A stretch of 64,000 nt of DNA from Cyanophora paradoxa CCMP329 (lineage: Eukaryota; Plantae; Glaucophyta): positions 124,001 to 188,000 of the forward strand of contig QPMI01000545.1 of the NCBI GenBank assembly GCA_004431415.1. The letters run 5' to 3'. A model generated the notes under the pieces. That model saw only the letters and a program-made list of their open reading frames with translations, did no database searches and had not been told where the DNA came from. A program made the position numbers and the translations under genes. Below are positions 1-10,313 of the stretch, in pieces (positions within the stretch are counted from its first letter, which is position 1; each line of letters begins with the position of its first letter).

Positions 1-3000
1 CGGCTGCTCCGCCAGCGCGAAGTGGTGCGCCAGCACCGACGCCGCCTCCGCACGCGCCGCCTGCGCCCGCGCGAGAGAGGGAGGGGCGCCCGTCAGGCGG
101 GCCTCGTCGTTTATTTATCGACCGCGGAGCGAGGCGGTCGGGGGCGGGGGCGGACCTGGCCGTCGCCCCTCTCGGCGAGGAGGCCCTCGTGGTAGGTCGC
201 GAGCTTGAGGTGCAGCGCCCGCCGGTCCGTCACCGGCAGCAGGCTGTACACCACCTCCTGCGCCCCGCGGCAGAGCCGCCTCAGCGGCGGGGCGCGACAA
301 GAACCCTAGAGACCAACGGGGTGCGGCGCGCCTGCATGAGGGGCTGCTTGAAGCGGAACTCGCGGCGGCGGGGCCGCTGGCGCTCGAGCGCCGGCTCGTA
401 GCCGGCCTCGCCCTCGTCCGGCGCCGCCTCCACCACGATGTTCAGCTTCGCCAGCGCCGCCAGCTCGCGGGGGACCGCCGCCGGCTGCGCGGGGCCCAGG
501 GCGTGAGGCGAGCGGGGGGGAGGGAAGCCCCCGCCGGGGGCACCTGGGGGTGGATGGCGAGGAGCTCGAGGTTCGTGAAGGAGACGCCCACCACGGACGC
601 TGTTTGAGCGGGCCGGTCGGAGGCAGAGGCGGAGGGGGGCGAAGGCGGGGCGGGGCGGGGCGGACCGAGCTTGAGGGTCATGGCCTGGGAGGCGGAGAGC
701 TTGTCGAGGCGGGAGACGAGGCTGGCGCGGGCGCCGTCCGACGGCTTGAGCCGCCGCAGCGCCTTCTTCAGCAGCACGCTCCCCGCCCCGTCCACCTGCG
801 CCAGCCTGCTCTAAGGATCTCTCCAGGCCGGGGCCCCCTCTCTTCGGACCTGGATGGAGCCGTCCTCGACGAGGGAGCGGGCGAGGTCGACGACGAGGAA
901 GGGCAGCGAGTCCGTCTGCGTGCAGATGAAGTCCCGCAGCACCCGCGGCACCCGCGCCGCCCCGATCGACGCTGCGCGGGGCGCGAGTGAGGGGCGGGGC
1001 GGGGGGGGCGGGGGCGGGGGAGGGGCGCACAGCAGATGAGGGCCTCGGCGTCCGCATCGCTCATGGCGCCCAGCGCCGCCCGCTCGCACGCCCCGGCGCC
1101 CCGCAGCAGCGCCGCCGCCGCGCGCCCGATGGGGGCCCCCGGCGCGATGGGCCGGCTCGTGGCGACGACGGCGATGCGGCGCTCGGGCGGGGCGAGGGCG
1201 AGGAGGGCGTCGGCGAGGGCCGCCAGCGCCCGCCAGCTCTGCGAGTCGGCGTGGTGCATGTCTGCCGGGTCGCGCGCCTCAGCCAAAGGCGAGGGTAGGA
1301 CGGGAAAGAGGGGAGGGGGGCGGGCCCTCGAGGATGAGGAGGACGGGCCGGCCCGTCGCGGCGCGCTTCACGAGGAGCCGGACGAGGAGCGCCCGCGTCG
1401 CCTCCGCCGCCGCCTCCGCCGCCTCCGCCTCGTCTGCGCGCCCCGCAAGCTCAGCCGAGCGGCGCGGAGGCGGAGGCGGCGCGGGGCGCACCGGCGCCGC
1501 CGGCGACGGCGCGGGAGGTGCGGCGGCCGCCGCGGGAGCGGCTCGTGGCGGCCCCGTCGGCGTCGCGGCCGTCCTTCGGCCCGCCGCTCTTCAGCGAGGC
1601 GATGAGGGAGGCCCAGCGGTGGCGGATGCCGCGGCCCTGCGCCTGCGCCGGCGCCGCCAGCCTCGAGAGGTTGAGCGGCTTGCCGCCCGCCGCCTCCAGC
1701 TTGCTGATGATGCCCCGCGCCCCTTCGGCCGCCATCCGCTCGCGCAGGATCGCCCAGCCCCGCCCCGCCTGCTTTGGCCCCCCCGCCAGCGCCGCGGGCT
1801 TCGAGGCGGGCGGGGACGGGCGCGGCGGCGGCGCCGGCGGGGCAGACTTCGTCGCGTTCTTGAGCATGCTGACGAGGCCGGCCCAGCGGTGGCGGATGCC
1901 GCGCCCGCGGTACTGCAGAGGCAGCTCCGGCTGCTTCGGGAGGTTGAGCGGCTTGCCGCCCGCCGCCTCCAGCTTGCTGATGATGCCCTGCGCCCCCTCC
2001 GCGGCAATCCGCTCACGAAGGATGGCCCAGCCCCGCCCGCGCTGCTTCGGGCTGCCCGCCGGCGCCGGCGCCGGGGACGACCGTGGGGCCGGCGGGGCCG
2101 CAGGCTCCTTCGGCCTGTCCGCCTCGCCGCCGCCTCCGGCGAGCGCGCCGGCGCCTTTGGCCTGCAGGCGGCCCCGCAGGGCCGCCCAGCCCCGCCCGCC
2201 CTCTTTCTTCTCCGGCGTCCCCGCCGCGCCCGCCGCCGCCGCCGCCGCCGCCGTCGGCGGGGCCGGCTTTGCGGGCGACATCTTCGGCTGCTGCTGCGGG
2301 GGCGGAGGCTGGAGCGGCTGGGGCGGGGGCGGCTTGGGCGCCCTGTCGCCGTCGTCGGGGAGGGCCAACTTGTGGTCCTGCTTGAGGCGCGTCCGCAGCG
2401 CCGCCCAGCCGCCCCCGTCTTCCCTTCGCCCCCGGCGCTGTTGTCGCCGGCGGGCCGGGCCTCGCCGGCTGCTGCTGCTGCTGCGCCCGGGCGGCTGCTG
2501 CGGCCGTGGCCGGCGGCCGGGGCGGGCGCTGCTGCTGCTGCTGCTGCTGCGGGGAGGCGGCCGGCCCAAGGACGTGGACGACGGTCTCCTCGGGGGCGGG
2601 GCCGGCCGCGTACTTGGCGGCGGCGGCGGGAGGCGCGCCGGCGCCCCCTCCCGCCTTGGCCAGCAGCTTGCTCCGCACGGCGCCCCAGCCCTTCTTGACC
2701 GCCCCCGCCCCCGACGACATCGGCGCTGCCGTCCGGTTAGCTTGGTCGGCGCTGCGGTTCGGGAGGGGGAGGGGGAGGGGGCACCTGGCTGCTTGGGGGG
2801 CGGCGGGGCGGGCCGCCGGGGCGCCCCGCGCCGGAAGCTGGCGCCGCCGCCGGGGGCGCGGTGGGAGGCGCGCACGCTGGCGTCGCCGCGGCCGCCGAGC
2901 CCGGCCCGCCGCTGCTTTGCTTGAAGCTCCCGATCCCGCCCGCCAGCGTGCTCGCGGACCCGCTCCCCTCCCCGTCCGCCGAGACCCACCTGCGCCCGCC

Positions 3001-6000
3001 CGCCCGCCGCGTTTGGACGAGAAAGAGTCCAGGCGGGGCCGCGGGGCCGGGGATAGAAGTAAGGGGCGCACATCATGACCTTGCGGCGGTGCGGGCCGAA
3101 GGACTGCCCGCGAAAGCTGGGGCGGGCGGTGGGGGCCAGGCGCCCGTAGAACTCCTCCACGCCGGCGGCCGCCCGCGAGGTCCGGCGCGAGGCGGCGAAC
3201 CCGAGCGGGTCGGCCCCGCCCTCGCCCATCCGCGAGGTGCGGCGCGTGGGCAGGCCCGGCCCCGCCGCCTCCCGCGCCGTCCCCGGCGCGCCCTCCCGGA
3301 ACGAGTGCAGCGCCGTCACCTCGTCGTCCCCGTGCCCGCCGCCGCCTCCGGGCGGCGCCGGCGCCGGCGCCGGCGCGGGGCCCGTCGCCGGGTCGCCGGG
3401 CGTCTCCGCCTCGCCGGCGCCGGGGGAGCCCTGGTGGACGTGCCAGGCGCGGGGGGCGCGGGGTCCCCCAGGGGCATCACCTCGTCGCCCTCCTCGCCCC
3501 GCGCCGTCGCCGCCGCCGTCCCGGGGCCCGACCCCACCTTCTCGGCGGCTCCGGCGCCCCTCCGGCCTCTCCGGCCCCGCGCAGTCCGCGCCCGCCGCCC
3601 CGGCGGCGGCCGGCTCCGCGAGCTCCAAGGGGGCTGGGGAGCCGTCCCGCCGGCCGGTCTTGGGCGGGGGCGACCCATCCTCGCGCGGCGTCTGCACCTG
3701 GACGCTCCGCTTTCGCTGCTCGCCCCCCGGCGCCGAGGCCCGCCGGGGCCCCACGGGCCCGGGAGGCTGCACGGAGCCGCGCCGCCCGGTGGGCCCGGTC
3801 GGGGGCCCGAAGGCGTGGCCGGCGGGGCCGTCGCCGGACTCGTGGGCGGCGGGGGCGCGGTCCATGTTGAGCGCCGCTGCGAGCTGCGGCAGCGACTCCA
3901 CCTCGCTCTCCTCCAGCAGCGGGCCCATCTGCCCCGCAGAGTTAAGTTAGACGGGGGCGGGAAGGCGGGGGGCAGGAGTCCGGCGCGCGCGCGCGCGCCT
4001 CCATGAGCCCCAGGGGGAAGAGGGTGCGGAGGATCGAGCGCCAGAGGTAGAGGGGCTGCAGGGAGCGGCTCTCGAGCCCCGCCGAGGTCGCCACGGACAT
4101 CCCCCGCCGCGCCGCCAGGTGCGCCGCGTGCCCGCAGAGCACCGACTTGCCCGTCCCGCTCGCCCCCTCGAAGAGCAGCACGGGCGGCGGCGGCGGGGCC
4201 TGCGAGGGCACCTCAACGCCCTCCGGGAGCTTGCCCAGGCCGACCGGCGCGGCGGCGGCGGAAGCGGCGGCGGATGCGGCGGCGGCGGCGGCGCTGGTGC
4301 GCTCGACGAGCTCCTGCACGCGGGCCGCCTCCGCGCTGCGGCCGACCAGCTCGAGGCGGGGCGCCGAGGCGCCCCCGCCGGCCGCGTCGTGCAGCAGCTC
4401 GCCGCCCAGCGAGGCCCGCCGGGCGGCCGGGCGGTACACGGGGACCTTCCCGTCGATCCCCCTGCGGCCCGCCCGTAAGACAAGACAAGCCAAAGCCAAG
4501 ACGAAAAGCGAGCGGAGCTGACTTGAGCTCGAAGTCGGCGACGTGCTCCATCTTCATGCGGAGGCGGCAGCCCTCGTGGGTGCGGGCGTCGACGTACACC
4601 TCGCCCCCGCTCTTCCCCATCAGCCGCGCTGCGAAGAGGGGCGAGGAGGCGAGGTCAGAGGGAGGCCGGGACCGGGCCCGGGACGGCGCCCCGTGCGGGG
4701 CGGGCAGGCGCACCGGCCCTGTTCACGACCGTCCCGAAGAACGAGAAGTTGCATCTGCGCGGGGCGGGGCGGGGCGGGGCGGGCGGGGCGGACGAGGCTC
4801 AGCGGCACGCCTCTCAGCGGCGCCTCTCCCTCTCAGGCTCACCGCTGGGGACACCCGACGAAGGTGCAGAAGACAAGCCCCGTCGTAATCCTGCGGCGGG
4901 GCGTCAGAAAGGTGTGAGGAGGAGCGGGGAAGGGCGGGCGGGCGGGCGTGCGGGCGGACCCGATGTGGGTGGTGACGCCCATGGCGCGCATGCCGAGGCG
5001 CATGTCGAGGGCGCAGGCCACGCACCGGCTCGGGTCGTCCTCGTGCGCCACCGGCCTGCGGCAGAGTCAGAGAAAGGGGGCGGCCGAGGCTAGGGCCGCG
5101 CGCCAGAGGCCGAAGCCGGCGATGAGGATGAGGCCCTGCGCGGGGGAAGGCGTCGGGGAGGGCGGGCGGGCGGGCGCGCCACAAAGCTGCGCCGAGGCGG
5201 GCGGACGGACCTTGTCGTCGTGGGCGATGGTGAGGAGGGAGCCCTCGTGGCTGTAGATCACCGCCTGCAGCGTCCGCACCTGGACGGGGGACGCCCGCGT
5301 CAGATCAGATCACATCAGATCAGATCAGATCGGATCGGATCCGAGCGGGGCGGGGCGCACGGCGCGCTGGACGGCCTCCGGGCTGGACTCGAGCCCCGCC
5401 AGCTTGCAGAACATCACCGAGACCACTGCGGAGGAGGCGCGGATCGTTATGTGAAGTGAAAGCGCAAGGAGTGAGGGGCCGGAGGGTACCCCTGAACTCG
5501 TTGAGGAAGCGCGTGGGGTCGAAGGCGCCGCCCTGCCCCTGCCCCTCGGCCTCGGCGGCCGCCCACTCCTCCATGTCGTCCAGCCGCGCCCGAACCTGCC
5601 CCTCCCAAATGAGAGCGCGCCCCAGAGCCGAGCCCCAGAGCCGCGTCCTAAAGCCGCGCCCTAAAGCCGCGTCCTAAAGCCGCGTCCTAAAGCCGAGCCC
5701 CAGAGCCGAGCCCCAGAGCCGCGTCCTGAAGACGAGGGCGCACGGTGTAGGGGACGTAGAGGGCGACCGCCTCCCGCTCCTCGTCCGTCAGGTCGCTCGG
5801 CATCCCCTGCGCGTCTGCACCGGCGGAACCCGGCTCGAATCCGGCAGGGAAGGGTTTTATTCGGGATCCGACCCCGCGCACCGAAGACGGGGGGCCAGGC
5901 CTTCAGCGCGAAGCCGGCCAGGGACTCCCGCACGGAGGGGTGGGCCACGACGAGCCCTCCGCCGCCCCCGCCGCCGCCGCCGGCGCCGCCGCCCCCCGCC

Positions 6001-7809
6001 GCCCCCGCCGGGGCGGGGCCCTCGCCGCCGCTGAGGCCGCTGAGGCCGCTCTCCTCGCCCTCGGAGACGTTGGCCATGACCACGGAGCCGGCGCGGCGCT
6101 TGACGCCCCGCGGGAGGACCGCCGAGGCGGGGAGGAAGCGCAGCGCCGAGGCGCACACCGCCACCTCCCCGGGCTTGATCTCTGCCGCCCAGCCAGCCCC
6201 CGCCCGTCAGCCAGGCAGGCCAACTAATTTGATCCGCTCGGGCGCGCGCGCACCGCCGAGGGCGACGCCGCACTCCTCGATGGCGGGCCCGGCGATGAGG
6301 TGCGACATGCGCCCGGGGACCGCGTGCCCCCGCTCGTCCACCAGCGCCCCCTCCGCCCGCCCGTCCCCGCACCCCGTCGCCCCCCCGATCCCGCAGAAGT
6401 ACTCCGCAAAGTCGCCGGCTGGGCGAGGGGGGGGGGGGGTCAGGGAGGTTCAGATCAGATTGGATCAGATGATGTCAGACGGCTCGGACCGGCGACGGCG
6501 ACGCGGAGCTTCATGGAGGCGCCGATGCCGACGCAGGCCTGCGGGGGCGCGCCTCAGGTCAGATCAAATCAGACGGATGAGATCGGATCGGGTCGGATCA
6601 GGCCTGCGAGAAGACCTCCTGGACGCGCAGGCCGCACTCGACGGCGCGCGCCGCCAGCGCCTGCATCTTCCGATGCAGCACGCTCTGCTCCGCCGTCGCG
6701 CGCTGCCCGCCGCCGCCCCCGCCCCCGCCGCCCCCCTCCGCCACGCGGAACGACCCGTTGGCGGCGGCGAGGGATCCGGAGGGGACGCTGTTGGAGCGGC
6801 CGCCGGAGACGAAGGCCATGACGGAGGCCGAGCGGCCCTTCTTGAGCGCCTTCTTCGCCGCGTCGGAGCGCTCGTCGGCCGCCGCCGCGTCGTCCAGCTC
6901 CACCGCCAGCGCCCGCTCCTGCGCCTCGTTGCCCTCCGGCACCGGCCAGACGACCAGCAGCCCTGCGCCCCCGCCCCCGCCCGCTCGGAACGGGAGCGGG
7001 CGAAGGCGCGGGCGGAGGGAGCGGACCGTCTCCGAGGAAGCATAGCACCTACGTGCGGTGGGCCAGGCGCGCGGGATGGGCGTCAGCTGGCGCGCGGGCG
7101 CGGGGCTGCGGGCGGGGCGGGGCAGCGCGGGGCGGCGGGCACCTCGCCGCCGTACTCCTGCGGGGAGGGCGCGCGCCCCGTCAGAGATGCAAAGCGAAAG
7201 CGGGCGAGGACGGATGGGGTGCCGACCTGGACGACGGCCACCTCGGCCGAGAAAGCGCCGTTGATGACCGTGCAGAGCTGCGCGGGGCAGGTCAGGCTCC
7301 CGCGCCGCCGCCCCGCGCCCCGACTCGGCGACCGCCCCGCACCTCCTCCATCAGTGTCTCATCCGTGGAGCACTTCTCGCACAGCGCTGCGCGGCCCTGC
7401 GTCAGCGGCGGGCGGGCGGGCCCGGTGGAGCCCGGATCCGGGGCCAAGCACCCGAGAAGCCTGCGGGTGCGGTCAGCGGGGCGGGCGTGCGGCGCGGGGC
7501 GGGCGCCGCGGACCGGAGATGTCGAGGATGCTGACGATGCCGTGGATCTCGTGGCTGCGGCGCTGGGCCCCCCGCTGCACCTTGCGCTGGAACACGATGT
7601 GCTCCACGACGCGCCTGCGGGGCACGCGGCGTCAGATTTGCCGCTCACAGGAGAGCGCGGCCGGTCCATCCTCCGAGCTCGGCGGTGTGCCCGAGCCGCG
7701 GCGAGGTATGGTGCCTCTGGGGCCCACTTCACTGCAGATGCGGACCAGCCGCGCACCTGGGGACCAGCCGGAGGGCCAGAGGCACTTGTGAGGCGTCGTG
7801 CAGTTTCAT
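1..7809 (-). CDS. Soluble adenylate/guanylate cyclase-like protein (ADCY10 type: two class III cyclase domains + STAND/AAA ATPase); multi-exon, 3' end runs off the window
   Basis: Manually spliced exons give MKLHDASQVPLALRLVPR..ILDISGFS..LCFLGD (cyclase 1); YSHEGSLLTIAHDDK|GLILIAGFGL..HEDDPSRCVACAL..ITTGLVFCTFVG..REV..VN..AARLM (cyclase 2); LVGR..VLLFEGASGTGKS (Walker A, ~4150); PVLLILE..MHHADSQSW (Walker B, ~1330-1250). Start ATG inferred at 7809. Confidence 0.85.
1611..2048 (-). repeat. Two imperfect ~165-bp direct repeats inside the cyclase exon (1611-1775, 1881-2048)
   Basis: Both encode GRGWAILRERxAAEGAxGIISKLEAAGGKPLNL...GRGIRHRWA, with long identical DNA blocks such as aggttgagcggcttgccgcccgccgcctccagcttgctgatgatgccc. 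Confidence 0.95.
5620..5728. repeat. Intronic composite minisatellite (gccgcgtcctaaa and gagccgagccccaga units)
   Basis: Tandem 13-bp and 15-bp units are directly visible. Confidence 0.9.
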
Positions 7810-8223
7810 CGCAGCTGCTTCACAGTGCCGCGGTCGTCCCTACCGCCCTATCCTAGTCGCGGACCCTATCCTTGCATGCTGCCGTCGCCGGCGGGCCACG
7901 CCGGGCCCTCCGGTCGGCATACTCAACGTTTGCTGCCAGCCGAGATGCTCGCGGTGCTGCCACCAGTTCCAAGAATACGGGGCCGCGCCTTCCTGCGCGC
8001 GAGGGCGAACCTCCGCGCGCCCGCTGCAGGCTCGGGCTGCTTCTCCTTCTTCTTTAAGGCCGTTGCCCGGGGCGCCGCAGACGTGCGAATCGGTGCGATC
8101 GCTTCCTGCGACCACCTAGCCTCGAACTGTGTAGCCCCCCAAATAACGCCCGGCTACTGGCGGCTCGGCAACGAGTCGACGTCGCGAGTCGCAACGACTC
8201 GCAAATGCAAGAGTCGCAAGTTT

Positions 8224-8308
8224 CGCAACGCACTCGTAAGTTGGACTCGCATGCGCATTATAATTATAATTAATATTGCGCATGCGCAACGCACTCGTAA
8301 GTTGGACT
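8224..8308. repeat. 24-bp direct repeat flanking a quasi-palindromic core upstream of the cyclase gene
   Basis: cgcaacgcactcgtaagttggact at 8224-8247 and 8285-8308; core cgcatgcgca-ttataattataattaatat-tgcgcatgcg. Confidence 0.9.
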
Positions 8309-8854
8309 AAAAGTTCACGAATGTTCATGCGCAGATCACGAAGCCTCGAGCCTCGGAGCAGCGCGTAACGCGCCGGTATGCGCATGCGCTGCAAGAGATC
8401 GAAGTTGACTCAGTCACGGCGTGGCTGACTCATCGACGTCGCGATCGACGTAACGTACTTTAGTATACGTAATCTCGCGCGCGGTGCCGGCGAGCAAGCA
8501 GATGCCAATGTACAAGTAGCGGCGACAGTAGCGCTAGCAAGCCGCCGATATCGATCGACGATGGCCGAGCGAACTCGTCGGAAGTTGAAGGTCACGTGCA
8601 TGCACACTTGGCTTCACCGCTGCAAGCCCCGATCGTGCGATTGTGGCGCAAGACTCGCAACGCTTGAGCTCGCGTGGCGTCGCCAGGCGACAATTTCAAC
8701 TGCATTTGATACAGAAAATATTCCGGCAGGCTGAGGGTGCCCGCCGCGCCCTAAGCGGCGGCCCCACGAATAAGCGAAACCATAAAAGGAGCTTGCGGCG
8801 TCTCGGTCGATGGAAGCGAGCGATGGCGGGGGCTCGAGCTCTGGCGCCGGGCGG

Positions 8855-9816
8855 TCACAGGAAGGCCGCGCCGGCGTCCTCGCAGTACGCATCCGCGAGG
8901 GCATCCGCGAAGTCGGGCTCGGGCGCTGCAGGGCGGGGCGGGGCGGGGCCGCGTCGACGTCAGAGCCGGGGCGCAAGAGGGGGAGCGGAGCCAGCGGGCG
9001 GGGGCTCGCCGATGAGGTCCTCCTCGACGGCTGCGCCGAAGACCTCCCCCTGGAGCTCGACGGCGGCCTCTTCGCCCTCGCCCTCGCCCTCCTCCTTCTC
9101 CTCGTCGTTCTCGCCCTTGTCGTGGTTGCGGCCCTCGCCCTTGTGCCCGCAGCCGCAGCCGCAGCCGCCCCCGTGGCCGTGGTGGCGACCCTCGGGGCCC
9201 CCGTGCCCGTGCGGGCCGTGGCCCCAGCCCATCATGCCCCACATCTGCGGCGCGCGTCAAGGTTCATGCTGAGCGGGGGGAGGCCACTTGGGGCGCGCGC
9301 ACCATGCCTGGGCCGTGCATGCCCTTTCCGTGGCAGCCACCGTGGTGCCCCCAGTCGTCATCCACCGAGCTGGGAAGCGGCCTATCGCCCGGGGCGGAAA
9401 GAAGACGGCCTCGGCGATTTTGCGGACCTGTTGGCACGGAGAACGCTCTTCACCACCTTGAAAGTCTCCCAGGCATTTGCCTTCGGGCCGGCGAGCCCGC
9501 ATGCCGCCTCGCACAGCTCCTGAAGGTCTGATGGGCCGACGGTCATGATCAGTACTAGCCCAGATGGCGCCGAGTGCGATGGCGCCCACAGATCTAGAGC
9601 CGGTTACGTACCAGGAATGTCGGTGAACGTTTTCGCCGCCTCCAGCTCCTCGAGCTGCGTCGGGCGAACGACGCGCGTCAGGCCGGCCGCGGACAGCGTG
9701 TTCGAGCTGGCCGGGGCAGCCTTGAACCGGCGACTTGCCTTGAACTTGCAGTAGTTCTCACAGTCGCGCGGAGCCGCGGGGGCCGTGGCGGAGTCCTCCG
9801 TCTGGCTGGTAAGCAT
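8855..9816 (-). CDS. Hypothetical protein with His/Gly/Cys-rich and acidic C-terminal region; multi-exon
   Basis: Spliceable exons MLTSQTEDS..FTDIP|DLQELCEAACGLAG..|MDDDWGHHGGCHGKGMHGPGM|MWGMMGWGHGPHGHGGPEGRHHGHGGGCGCGCGH..EEKEEGEGEGEE|..DAGAAFL*. No family recognised. Confidence 0.55.
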
Positions 9817-10313
9817 CGTATGGCTCTGCGAGCAGCCACTGAGCGCGCGGTTCGGCGTGTCGTGCGCACTCGATCACCTTCTGGGTGAGTGAGGCGAGCG
9901 AACTGAAGGCTGCAGGCTGGCGCGCGAAGCTAGCTATAGCACGCGTACGCGACTGTCGTCACTGAAAATTCCGCACCCCTCCGAGGCTCCGGATCCCGAA
10001 ATTCGTGGATTTCCGCCTGAAATTCGCTTCGCCCCTTGCAGCTAAAATTCTTGACTACTACGTGTAGCATGCTCCGTGCCGCAGCGAAGATTGAACTTGT
10101 AAGCGAAGATTCTCAAGTTTGCATTCAAAGCTGCAGCGCGCGGCTGAGGATCGACAACGGGGACGAATTTTGAAAAGGGAAAACTGCTGCGGAGCTGAGG
10201 GGAGTGGAGAGCGTACGCTAGGTAGCGAATGAGAGGCAAAACTGCAAGGCGGGGGCTGGACTCGAGGAAGCAGGCCCCACGCATAATTAGAAGCAGAAAG
10301 CGTCGCCGCGAGA

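Noticed and set aside
5645-5692. cctaaa units resembling plant telomeric TTTAGGG
   Set aside because: The units are part of a 13-bp GC-rich intronic minisatellite, not a telomeric array.
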